From the IMG/VR virus record IMGVR_UViG_3300023210_000012: a DNA stretch of 56,751 nt. One strand, written 5' to 3'. The notes beneath the pieces are model-generated. The model was not told the DNA's origin. It saw nothing but the letters and a program-made list of their open reading frames with translations, and did no database searches. The stretch is from an uncultured virus (IMG/VR IMGVR_UViG_3300023210_000012). Lineage: Duplodnaviria; Heunggongvirae; Uroviricota; Caudoviricetes. Shown one piece after another: positions 45,672 to 54,604 of the stretch (its first letter is position 1; every line of letters begins with the position of its first letter). The position numbers and the translations under genes were made by a program.

Positions 45672-46534
45672 TATTGACTCCCGTAAACGCCCGATCGGAC
45701 GATTGGTTTGCCTGTGCCGTAGCTTCCGCCAACACCAGGATCAGGATCACGTTCACCACCAGGGCAAAGCGGGATCCCATTAGCATCAGCAGGAACAAGG
45801 CCGTAGCCGCCAGGCCCTGGAACGAGCTGGTAGCCCGGTCCACCAACCCCAGGAAGGGGTTGATCAGTAACCGTGCCGGTGAAGGCTGGTATACAGATAG
45901 GCTCTTTGTCCAACGTCAGCTCCGCTTCGACCTTTACAGATAGAGAGTACCCTGGGATACGCTCCACCAGAGAGCTTACATCAGTAAGGTCGTCAACGCC
46001 CTGTTGGAATGTGGCATAGACGCGAGGATTATTGATGCCGTCGACGACGGTCACAGTCCCCCGGTGGGGAAATCGCTTCATCATCATTTGCAGCAGGATT
46101 TGTGCAACGGTGCGAAACCGGGCCCAGCATTCAATGGTGTAGAAAAAGTCGTATGGCTGCTCTTTGTCCTTCTGCTCGTAGGAGGTCCACCCTAGACAAC
46201 CGCCAGCAGAGACCTGCTGTGCGCCCTCGCAGGGGAGGCGGTAAGAGACTACAGGAGTGAGAAGTCGCTCTTCGGACGGTGTCGTAGAGTCACGAATGAT
46301 TGCGATCATTGGGACTGTCGCACTGATCTGCGTCGGTTCAGGCCTCTTGTAGACGACCAAAGCCCGGTCAATAGGCTCCTGGCGCCCATCGATGCGAACG
46401 AAGATACCTTCAAGCGGTAGGTAGTATTGGTTCTTTGCAGTGTCCGGTAGCGCCCCGAGTCCCCTGACCAGGGCCTCATCGAAATCGTAGAAGTCTACGT
46501 TTCCAGTACGCTCACCAAACTCTAACCCAGCCAC
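45671..46534 (-). CDS. Putative tail terminator / completion protein
   Basis: Position before sheath; VPMIAIIR and PYDFFYTIECWA resemble gp15-like proteins. Confidence 0.55.
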   Translation of the reverse strand: MAGLEFGERTGNVDFYDFDEALVRGLGALPDTAKNQYYLPLEGIFVRIDGRQEPIDRALVVYKRPEPTQISATVPMIAIIRDSTTPSEERLLTPVVSYRLPCEGAQQVSAGGCLGWTSYEQKDKEQPYDFFYTIECWARFRTVAQILLQMMMKRFPHRGTVTVVDGINNPRVYATFQQGVDDLTDVSSLVERIPGYSLSVKVEAELTLDKEPICIPAFTGTVTDQPLPGVGGPGYQLVPGPGGYGLVPADANGIPLCPGGERDPDPGVGGSYGTGKPIVRSGVYGSQ

Positions 46535-46641
46535 AAACTCCCCTATCGCATCAGGTCGTAATGATAACTGTTGACCTTAGAGCTAGTCGAGGGTCCACAG
46601 CACTATTAGGTGCTAACAAAGCAATTGATGCGCACTAGAGG

Positions 46642-46671
46642 TTGACCCTGTCAGCAACGAGTGCGTAGACT
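46642..46671 (+). promoter_or_regulatory. Putative sigma70-type promoter for tnpB, probably leaderless
   Basis: TTGACC-18 nt-TAGACT ending 6 nt before the ATG; no SD visible. Confidence 0.55.
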
Positions 46672-46677
46672 GGTCTG

Positions 46678-47793
46678 ATGCAGAAAGTGCTTCCACTTAG
46701 GATTGCCAACGACGCTGATCTTATGGCAACAATTGAGTCATTCAGACTCATCCAAGAGCGCGTGTCTGAGATTGCGTTTGAAGACGGAACCGCGCTTTCC
46801 GCAGTAGATATGCATCAGCTCAGCTACGCAAAAGTGAAAGGCTCTCTGAAATCTCAGCTCACATGCACTGCTATTCGATCGGTGGCATCTGAATACTCAC
46901 GCGCTCGGAGGAGAAACCGGAGGATATATGGGCCGATTCACTTCAGTAAGCCACGCGCCCTATTCTTGATCGGCAAGGCAAAGCGCGATGCCTGCCCACC
47001 CCGTAAAGAGACGATCAGAATTTGGACAATTGCGGGCCGTAAGGACATACCTTGCAGCATTCCAGCCCGGTTCGAGGCTGACTATAAAAACGTGAAGTCC
47101 TTCGACACACTCGCGGTCTCCCTTAAAAGGGGACGACTCGTAGCGACCGTGTCCGTGACTCTTAAAGAATCAAAACGAGAAGGAACCCTTCCTGCTGGCG
47201 TTGCAGTAGGGAGTAAGAATGAAGTAGCAGCGGTAAGCGCCGAGGGGAAATCTCTCCGAATCGTCACCGTTGCTCAGAATGTAATGGAGGAGACAAGCCG
47301 AAAAACAAAGAGAAGACTTGAGCGGCGACTGGCTGTGCGTAAGGCAGATGGACTTGAGACGCGTTCTGTGCGTCGAGTCCTCAAACGGCTAAGCAGACGG
47401 CGTCACATGCGAACTAGGACTTTTTGCCACGCAGCAGCTAACCGACTCGTTGAGTGGGTTGGAAGCGGATCAATCCTCGTCATCGAGGACCTTCGCATCC
47501 CTCCACCTTCGAAGAGGAAAAGAAGCAAGCCATCGATGAGGCCGCACTTCTATGAAGTGCTTCGTCGTAGGATTGAAGAGAAGGCTGCGGCTGCGGCGAT
47601 ACCGGTTTATTACGTGAACGTATCCGGTAACGAGAAGAGGTGCTCGCTTTGTGGAGCTTCTGGGAGCATCACAAAACACACCTTCCTCTGCGATTCGTGT
47701 GGCAACGAAAGTCCGATGAGCAAGAATGCCGCGCTCAATGTCAGGAACAAATTTACGGTCACCAGGCCGTGGGCTGCTGTTAACCGGCCTTGA
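46678..47793 (+). CDS. tnpB: TnpB (IS200/IS605) family protein, predicted nuclease-dead (TldR-like)
   Basis: RuvC-I GVAVG (D to A176), RuvC-II LVIEDL intact, CSLC/CDSC zinc finger, RuvC-III SKNAALNV (D to S348). Confidence 0.85.
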   Translation: MQKVLPLRIANDADLMATIESFRLIQERVSEIAFEDGTALSAVDMHQLSYAKVKGSLKSQLTCTAIRSVASEYSRARRRNRRIYGPIHFSKPRALFLIGKAKRDACPPRKETIRIWTIAGRKDIPCSIPARFEADYKNVKSFDTLAVSLKRGRLVATVSVTLKESKREGTLPAGVAVGSKNEVAAVSAEGKSLRIVTVAQNVMEETSRKTKRRLERRLAVRKADGLETRSVRRVLKRLSRRRHMRTRTFCHAAANRLVEWVGSGSILVIEDLRIPPPSKRKRSKPSMRPHFYEVLRRRIEEKAAAAAIPVYYVNVSGNEKRCSLCGASGSITKHTFLCDSCGNESPMSKNAALNVRNKFTVTRPWAAVNRP

Positions 47794-47851
47794 AGCTCGT
47801 CATCGGGCAAGCGGTTTTGGCCGCAGTTGACTAAAAGCTATTTTTCCCTAT
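47760..47851 (+). ncRNA. Candidate omega-RNA 3' scaffold plus guide
   Basis: Hairpins AGGCCG/CGGCCT, GCTCG/CGGGC, GCGG/CCGC, then AGTTGAC; 5' boundary unknown. Confidence 0.5.
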
Positions 47852-48540
47852 TGCTGCTTGTCAAAGTTCTTGGCAAACAGTTCAAGCGCCTCTTTACCGA
47901 ATCCAGAGGAGTTCATAATTCTGTCTCCCTCTGTTTCGAGTCGGTTCCAGATTGGCAGACGTGGGAACCCTCCGAGGCCATACTCCATTCGGAGGGCTAA
48001 AAACGGGACATCCGCCAATGTGCGGCCGTTTATGACGGCTAGTTCATTCGGCTGGATAGGCCTCCTAAGCCTGCTCAACGCCGTCTTTAGCTCGGTCGCA
48101 TTCGATCGATGTCGTCTTCGGTGGAAATCAGTCTCGGACTCAGAAGCTGGTCTAACGATCAACTCTGTAGTGATTCCATCTTTTACTGACGGGAGCGTGT
48201 CAACGGTCCACGGGTTCTCTGTGGCCATTAGCAGCGCCACATCATCACCACCGGTGAGCCACAATAAAGTAGTGTCGGCTTCGAGATCGCCGTAGTTCAG
48301 TTCGATGATCTTCGCTACTACATCATACTCATCTGGGCTAATCTCATCCAACTGGATGCTGTCTCGGTAGATGTCGTACCAACCGCCATCATTAGGGATC
48401 ATATCCCTAACACGTTGTGCCGTTTTTTCAGCCAGCTCTCTAAGAGAGTTCCGCCCTGCCTCTTTAGCAGCCGCAGGAATGCTCGTCTTCAAGTTTTCGA
48501 TGCTCTTGCGAAGCTCTTCGTCATCGACGAAGAATTTCAC
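47848..48540 (-). CDS. Putative neck / head-tail morphogenesis protein
   Basis: Overlaps the portal stop; ALRMEYG...PIW resembles HK97 gp10-like proteins. Confidence 0.5.
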   Translation of the reverse strand: MKFFVDDEELRKSIENLKTSIPAAAKEAGRNSLRELAEKTAQRVRDMIPNDGGWYDIYRDSIQLDEISPDEYDVVAKIIELNYGDLEADTTLLWLTGGDDVALLMATENPWTVDTLPSVKDGITTELIVRPASESETDFHRRRHRSNATELKTALSRLRRPIQPNELAVINGRTLADVPFLALRMEYGLGGFPRLPIWNRLETEGDRIMNSSGFGKEALELFAKNFDKQQ

Positions 48541-50816
48541 TTAATGCGACGTCGTCGATGACCGCCGCCCTGAGGGGCTGAGATCAGACCGCCGTTCCCG
48601 TTCCGGGAGAATGCGGCGTGCTTGAACTCGCGGAAGAATTGCTGTTGATGGGCGAGCTGTGCGGCCATCTGCTTATTACCGACAATGACCTTGTGCATTG
48701 TGTCTTGAATCTCTTGATCACGCTGCCGGGACATGCGATCACGTTTTTCCTCAATGCGCCGCGCCCTATCGTAAGACTTCCACTCCGACTTACTGTCTGG
48801 TCGACCCCCAGAGCCCGGTGGTGGGCCGATCTCAGCGTTTCCTGGGTGCATTGGAGCGTCATCTGGCGGAGAACCATCAGCAGCAGGAGCGCCGCCACCA
48901 CCGCCATCATCACCTCCGCCCATAGCCTGTTGCTGAGCAGCTTCCTTCTTTTGATCCTCTTCCCGCTCCTTCTCGATCCGCTCTATCTGATCGCCGGTCA
49001 GTTTGAGAATCTTCTCCTGGATATAGCGCATTGAGACAAACGGCTGGACTCGCGTTGCGAAGTCAGCTCTCGCGTTCTTGATCTCGTTGTGCGCCAGCTC
49101 ATAGATCCCGGACGGGACCGTCATCATCACCTGAAGGTCTTGCCTGAAGGGGTTGATCCCTCGGGCCGCAAGATCGATCTGAATCAGACGACGAATGCTG
49201 TTCCTGACCTCGCGCTGGATTCCCATCGTGACGCGTGCGGACCGCACATCCTCGTAAGAGAGGATCGATCGGGCTGGGATGCCGTCGTCTTGCCCTAGAT
49301 AGTTCCTGGGGATCTTCAGGACGCCGTGTAGCTTCCGCTGGAAGTACTCCACATCCTCGGTCGCCTGATAGTCAGGGCCTTGGAGAACCTCTACACGGGC
49401 TAGCTCGCGATTTTCGCGGACCGCGATGAAGAAGTCCTGAAGGTTGTCCATCGGATTCATACGCATGTCGAGGCGCTGGGTCCTCGGGTTAACAAGTTTC
49501 TGCTTCCGCAGGTCTTGCTTGGCTTTGCGTAGGAAGGACTCCACCTTGTCAGATGGAATATCGGTGACGTCGATGTAGAAGGCGAACCGGGCTGGAGCTC
49601 GGGTCAGCTTGTAGATGAGCATCGAGTCTTCGAGAAGAACCAGTCTCTTCCAGATCCAGCGAGCTCCATCAGCCACACCGAACCCGTATGGAGTTCTGCG
49701 GGCCGTGCCACGAAGGCGCGTATGTAGGACTTGCCACTCCTCGAACAGGGCGACGTGGTCCGGGACCTTAGCCTGACCGGCCAGCATCCCGCGAAGGTCC
49801 GAGGCGTCCTGCGTGAACTTCCCAGTGATGTCCTGGACGTAACCAATGATCGAGCCATTGGACTGCTCGACACGGCGCATGGTGGGGCAGGGAAGAGAGT
49901 TGAGGCCGACAACGCCGTTATCAGTGATCAGCACCTCCTCGTAGTTATTGCCCATCTTCACGGTCGTGTAGACCATGGACCAGATATCGTCTTCAATTCG
50001 TAGCCGCTTGTTGAGCAGCACGTCCGACATGCTCTTGATAGCTTCGTCGCTAGAATGGACCCAAACGGTTTTTCCGGTGTCAATATCCGGCTGGGTCGCA
50101 TCGTTTGTGAAGTAGTGGTGGGCGCTGTTATGGACAACAATCCCATTAGCGATGAAGTTGTGGGTCTTAGTTGTGACGTCGTAGACGTCTTCGACCCCAG
50201 CCGGAATCGCGGCCTGGGTCACCTTCAATCGGCCTGATGTTGAGTGCAGAAAGGCGGTCATTCCTGTTGGGTCAAACCCAGACCAACAAGAGACCACAAC
50301 CGTTCCCTCGACTAGATCAGAGGCATTGATGTAATCGTGCTCGACCGTGAGGAACTTGTGCCCAGGGGTGCACTTGATTTTCTCACCATTGCTAAACCCG
50401 ACCTCAACCACCTCCTGCTTATCGCCAGAAATGCGAGGATTCTCAGACGCCACTACGACGAGCTTGTCCTTCTCTGTGTCGTAGGCCAGGATCTTGGGGC
50501 CACCGCCGTGAGCAGCTAGGTCGTGGATCCTAGTGGGCTTGATAATGGAGTCTTCAACCACGTAAATCGTAGTATCTGCAGTGAGACAGTTGATGTCCGG
50601 ATAATCATCCATCTGCTCATAATCTGCATACCTGTCCATCAGGTTCTGCGAGACGCTGAGTAGTCCGCCGACGTCTTCTCGGCCCCATACCGAGAAGATG
50701 GATGACGGGATGTGCTTCTCGGCCTCGGCCGAGGGAGATTCAGCCCGATCACGCTCGGCGCGTTCACGGCCGAATACCTGGCGCAGGTAGTTTAGCGCAT
50801 CGTCGCGAAGTGCCAT
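48537..50816 (-). CDS. Portal protein (T4 gp20-like) with a mini-intein
   Basis: WKRLVLLEDSMLIYKLTRAPARFAFYIDV, EDVEYFQRKL...LKIPRNYL. Confidence 0.92.
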   Translation of the reverse strand: MALRDDALNYLRQVFGRERAERDRAESPSAEAEKHIPSSIFSVWGREDVGGLLSVSQNLMDRYADYEQMDDYPDINCLTADTTIYVVEDSIIKPTRIHDLAAHGGGPKILAYDTEKDKLVVVASENPRISGDKQEVVEVGFSNGEKIKCTPGHKFLTVEHDYINASDLVEGTVVVSCWSGFDPTGMTAFLHSTSGRLKVTQAAIPAGVEDVYDVTTKTHNFIANGIVVHNSAHHYFTNDATQPDIDTGKTVWVHSSDEAIKSMSDVLLNKRLRIEDDIWSMVYTTVKMGNNYEEVLITDNGVVGLNSLPCPTMRRVEQSNGSIIGYVQDITGKFTQDASDLRGMLAGQAKVPDHVALFEEWQVLHTRLRGTARRTPYGFGVADGARWIWKRLVLLEDSMLIYKLTRAPARFAFYIDVTDIPSDKVESFLRKAKQDLRKQKLVNPRTQRLDMRMNPMDNLQDFFIAVRENRELARVEVLQGPDYQATEDVEYFQRKLHGVLKIPRNYLGQDDGIPARSILSYEDVRSARVTMGIQREVRNSIRRLIQIDLAARGINPFRQDLQVMMTVPSGIYELAHNEIKNARADFATRVQPFVSMRYIQEKILKLTGDQIERIEKEREEDQKKEAAQQQAMGGGDDGGGGGAPAADGSPPDDAPMHPGNAEIGPPPGSGGRPDSKSEWKSYDRARRIEEKRDRMSRQRDQEIQDTMHKVIVGNKQMAAQLAHQQQFFREFKHAAFSRNGNGGLISAPQGGGHRRRRIK
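50127..50588 (-). mobile_element. Mini-intein (154 aa, no endonuclease) in the portal
   Basis: CLTADT start, CTPGHKF block B, VYDVT...HNFIANGIVVHN end, +1 Ser. Confidence 0.92.
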
Positions 50817-50857
50817 CTTAGTCCCATGGTTTCAACAGTTAGCTCGATCCTACTCTA

Positions 50858-51586
50858 TCAGGCCGGGAGGTCCAGGAACACACCGGATATGGACAACGAG
50901 CCCATAGTTCGGACAGATGCGGTAAAAACTTCGTCTAGCCGACCAGGCGTAGATCGCACCACCTTGTGGTTGGTCTTCTTCTTTGGTTTGACGATTTCAG
51001 CCATCAATGGGCTGGCAGCAGCACACTCGTTGAAGAGCGCGTCCGCTGCGCCTACCGTCTTGACAGCGATGTTCTTGTGGGACCTCTTGGCCTTCTGTGC
51101 GTCGAAGTATATCCGGAGATTATCTGGGTGATAGTTTTCTCTGTTCCCATCGATGTGCTCAACGTAGGTGCCCTTTTCTAGGGCATGGCCAAGCACCCAT
51201 TCCGCCATAAGTCTAGATATTTTCTTTTTTACAGCGTGTCCTGGGATCTGATAGGTCGGATAGCCGTTCGCGTTTTTGGCTAAGTAAAGCGGCAGAAGCG
51301 AATCCCCAGGACTCAGCTCCGGGGGCATCTTCGTGGAGCCATTTTTGAGAATGAACTGTGAGGAGGGGGACACTTTAACGAGTGAGCCATCATCAAGTTC
51401 AACATCGAAAATCTGTTGTTCGCCGATTGACCGGAAGTCAAACGCCTCAGTTACGAAGAGGCGTGAACCAGTCCACGTCAGCACCACCACAGAAAAATCT
51501 GGGTTTAGGACAGTCTTATTGGCTAAAACGCCGATTTGGACCGGTCCAGAGGCTGTTTCGATCTGCATCTCAGAGAGAAGGCCCAT
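50858..51586 (-). CDS. Free-standing degenerate intein-like (Hint) protein with an internal HNH motif
   Basis: Hint-like blocks without C1, block B His or terminal HN; HIDGNRENYHPDNL. Confidence 0.72.
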   Translation of the reverse strand: MGLLSEMQIETASGPVQIGVLANKTVLNPDFSVVVLTWTGSRLFVTEAFDFRSIGEQQIFDVELDDGSLVKVSPSSQFILKNGSTKMPPELSPGDSLLPLYLAKNANGYPTYQIPGHAVKKKISRLMAEWVLGHALEKGTYVEHIDGNRENYHPDNLRIYFDAQKAKRSHKNIAVKTVGAADALFNECAAASPLMAEIVKPKKKTNHKVVRSTPGRLDEVFTASVRTMGSLSISGVFLDLPA

Positions 51587-51594
51587 GTTCCTAC

Positions 51595-52887
51595 CTACCG
51601 TCCAGCAAGCAGTAGTGGCTCCCGGACAAGTTCTTCAGCTTGGGTGGTGCGGATCATTGATTCGATTCCAACCGAATCTATTACCGTTACTCGACGTGCA
51701 CTAATGATCATCCGCAAAGGATTTGATCCGATGAATTTCCTAGCTGAACCCTTTTTCATATAGGCCACAGTCAAATGCGGCACGTAATCTGGGTGCGTCG
51801 GCGGTCTAGTATTTGGGAGTTTTTTGATCTGCGCGTGTAGAGTTGGCAGAGGATCGCCGATCAGCTCAAAATAGAGGATGTCCTTATCCTCGTGCTCGAA
51901 TACGTTGAGCGACCCAAGCATCATCCTTAATGACCGACCATGCCCTCCGATGATCTTTTGGATCTGAGCTAGGTCTCGCCTATCGGCCCCGTAATAAAGT
52001 GTCGCGTGAGGTCGCTCCTCTAACTTGATTACATCACTACTAGACAGGCGCTTGCGGACCCAATCGCCTAATTTCCAACGCAAGTAGTAGAAGTCCACCT
52101 GCAGCTGGAGAAAATTCGGATCTGATCGAGCTTCTCCGGGGCCGGGAACGTGTCGAACCAGTGCTATGTCCTCGGACATCTCTTCATGGCGAAGGTTCTG
52201 AACCAGGGACAAGAACACTTTCTTGACCATAGACCCAGACCGGCGAATCTCTCGGCCAGCTCGACCTCGCCCAAGGATTATGTCCGCTCCTACTTCAGCG
52301 AACGCCTCAGACGGGTTTGCGTTGGAGTAGTCACTAGGGAACGAATCGCTCATCTTTTTGGTCGTGAGCCAGTTGCGAAACACCCCTAAGTCATCCCCAA
52401 AGTGCTTCTGAAAGAAGAACCAGAGACTAGAACGCTCAGGATTGGATTTGACGGTCCTGGTCAGAGCATCGGCCATATCTCCATCGATCGGCTTACCAAT
52501 CGAATTGCAGATTAAGCCCCAAATTTTATGTGACTCTTTGGTGAGCTGCTTCGCCCAGATGCGGTGCAACGTCTCGTGGATAATTACCCACAGCACATCT
52601 GGGGCGCTTCTGACCGGTGGGTGGAAGATGACTGTTGAGTCGGTGCCCGGCGTGTAGCGACCATTCGCCTTCTCATCGCCTTTTCTGGCGACAAGTTTGA
52701 TTGGACCGCCAAAGTCCTTATCAGAGAGCCCGAACGATCTCAGCTTCTCGGTTGCTATATAAACTGAATCAAAAAACTCAGCAACAGCCTCAGGGCATAC
52801 ATCATCATCAGCGCTAGGCTTTAGGGGCCCATTTGCTGTTCTTGTCCCTGAGGGGAGCAGTCGAAAACCGGAGATAAGACGGTCCAC
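51595..52887 (-). CDS. Zinc metallopeptidase-like domain fused to an Acb1/gp57B-like 2H phosphoesterase
   Basis: IHETLH and SDYSNANPSEAFAE; RPHATLYYG and DYVPHLTVAY. Confidence 0.75.
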   Translation of the reverse strand: MDRLISGFRLLPSGTRTANGPLKPSADDDVCPEAVAEFFDSVYIATEKLRSFGLSDKDFGGPIKLVARKGDEKANGRYTPGTDSTVIFHPPVRSAPDVLWVIIHETLHRIWAKQLTKESHKIWGLICNSIGKPIDGDMADALTRTVKSNPERSSLWFFFQKHFGDDLGVFRNWLTTKKMSDSFPSDYSNANPSEAFAEVGADIILGRGRAGREIRRSGSMVKKVFLSLVQNLRHEEMSEDIALVRHVPGPGEARSDPNFLQLQVDFYYLRWKLGDWVRKRLSSSDVIKLEERPHATLYYGADRRDLAQIQKIIGGHGRSLRMMLGSLNVFEHEDKDILYFELIGDPLPTLHAQIKKLPNTRPPTHPDYVPHLTVAYMKKGSARKFIGSNPLRMIISARRVTVIDSVGIESMIRTTQAEELVREPLLLAGR

Positions 52888-53169
52888 CTAATAAATCTCG
52901 TCCGAAGGAGTCTTGCCAGTATAGCCCGATGCCCCATTCGCACGCATCGATAAGACCTTGCGCACCTGCCCGGTAGCCAACGTCATGTATTTGCCATCTA
53001 GGAGCTGAATTTCGACGTAATCATCTCCTAGGACAACTCTGCGGGCCGAGTAGAACACACTGTTCCCAGGTCCCGTTGGCTCTACCTCGACGCCCCACGA
53101 GGGTCCTGAACCGGACTCCTCGTTAGTCGTATTAAGGTCCAAGTCTTCTTCAGGGTTCTTCCTAGTCAC
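52888..53169 (-). CDS. Hypothetical protein
   Basis: 93-aa ORF adjacent to the next gene. Confidence 0.6.
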   Translation of the reverse strand: MTRKNPEEDLDLNTTNEESGSGPSWGVEVEPTGPGNSVFYSARRVVLGDDYVEIQLLDGKYMTLATGQVRKVLSMRANGASGYTGKTPSDEIY

Positions 53170-53178
53170 ATTAACCCC

Positions 53179-53379
53179 TTAAGAGAGAGGCATGGTTTCG
53201 GTCAGCAGACGACTTCCGCCATCAGAGGTTTGGGCGTTTAGTGCCTGCTCAAACCGCTGAGCTTCAGCCTCGCCAACCTCGATTCTGGTCCTGGAACCGC
53301 CGCCGCCTTCAAGCGTTACGAACCAAGTAACCTTGCCTCCAGAAGAAAGAGACTTGTCTACACTCACGACGCGATTCAT
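53179..53379 (-). CDS. Hypothetical protein
   Basis: 66-aa ORF with GGAGG RBS. Confidence 0.62.
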   Translation of the reverse strand: MNRVVSVDKSLSSGGKVTWFVTLEGGGGSRTRIEVGEAEAQRFEQALNAQTSDGGSRLLTETMPLS

Positions 53380-53402
53380 TATGTCCTCCAGAGGGGTGTC
53401 AG

Positions 53403-54260
53403 ATGGAGCATCAGGATCATTCTACAGAGAATGGCGCTTCAGGGCACCTTATCTCTCCCGTAACTTCTACGACCTCAAGCGGAACTCCGTCGTTTCGGGT
53501 ATACAAGGATATGGGAACGGAGACATTCGCAAACGGTCAAGTGAACTACAAGGCTGCAGACGGTTCGACAAAGAACTGCCTTGATTCGCTAGATGACGAC
53601 GAACGATACAAATACGGGTGCCGCTGTGGCTGCACCGCAGTGTTCAGTGGATTCGGCCGTGACATCAAGGCTGCCTTCAAGGTCGGCCAGTCCACCTTTC
53701 CAGCCATCCAGGCGCTCGCCGCCGGAACCAACAACGTGCTCTACGATGCTTCGACCGGCGCTGTGACGGTGACGACCGGAGGCCACACCGCCATCGAGGG
53801 CGATATTGCCGAGAAGATGAGACAGGACTTCGCAGAAAAGATCCGGCCATTCGTCTCCGACAGATACATCAAAAAGGCCGTGTTCGGCCTTACAGATGAT
53901 GAAATCGATGCGGACCACGCTGAGAACCCAGAACAAATGGAGGACGTGAAGCTCTCCGACCGCCAGCCCCCGGCCATTAGCGACCTAGTCTACTCACTGG
54001 CCACCAACGAGGGCCCATACACCCTCGTGGACTACGCCAGGAAGAAGATCAAGCTGGATGATGGCTCGGAGCACGATGTGTTCTGTGGGATCGTGCGGAC
54101 CGACAAAGGTAAGCACATCAGCATTCCTCTGGCAGACCTTGCCCTGCACTGGGCAGAACGGCCAGTAGTCGAGCCCAAGAAGCTCCGAGTGGGCCTCATG
54201 ATGGTCGCCTCGTCAGTCATCGGGTCGGCGATCGGCATCGCCTGCTATCTCTTCCTCTAA
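53403..54260 (+). CDS. Hypothetical protein with a C-terminal transmembrane helix
   Basis: 285 aa ending VGLMMVASSVIGSAIGIACYLFL. Confidence 0.7.
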   Translation: MEHQDHSTENGASGHLISPVTSTTSSGTPSFRVYKDMGTETFANGQVNYKAADGSTKNCLDSLDDDERYKYGCRCGCTAVFSGFGRDIKAAFKVGQSTFPAIQALAAGTNNVLYDASTGAVTVTTGGHTAIEGDIAEKMRQDFAEKIRPFVSDRYIKKAVFGLTDDEIDADHAENPEQMEDVKLSDRQPPAISDLVYSLATNEGPYTLVDYARKKIKLDDGSEHDVFCGIVRTDKGKHISIPLADLALHWAERPVVEPKKLRVGLMMVASSVIGSAIGIACYLFL

Positions 54261-54604
54261 GGGAGAGTCCCGGCCCTACGGTGCTTCGTGTAGTGCTTCG
54301 CGCACAGACCACGAGCTCTAACCTTCGTATCGCAATCTAGCTCTGCGCACAGCTTCTTACCGGTCATGTATTCACGATCTGGCCGCAGTTCCCCGTAGAG
54401 TTTGATCTGTCGGGCGTGCTTTCTGCAGTGACCTCCGCTGGCCTGCCCTGAAGTGCAGCCAGTGGCATCGCATTCCTTAGGTCCACCCCGCTCTGATTCC
54501 AGCGTCAGGTGTCCGTGCCTCAAAATCTGCATGTAGTGGCGTTTACAATACCCGCGTGCATAACCCAAACGCTCGCAATGTTCGACGACACAGTAACCAG
54601 TCAT
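54257..54604 (-). CDS. Triple C-x4-C...C-x2-H zinc-finger repeat protein
   Basis: CVVEHC..CKRHY, CDATGC..CRKHA, CAELDC..CAKHY. Confidence 0.75.
   Translation of the reverse strand: MTGYCVVEHCERLGYARGYCKRHYMQILRHGHLTLESERGGPKECDATGCTSGQASGGHCRKHARQIKLYGELRPDREYMTGKKLCAELDCDTKVRARGLCAKHYTKHRRAGTLP

Noticed and set aside
46535..47847. Active IS200/IS605 insertion sequence
   Set aside because: No tnpA in the window, no clear left end (only a short AGCAC/GTGCT hairpin near 46599), and two RuvC catalytic residues are substituted.
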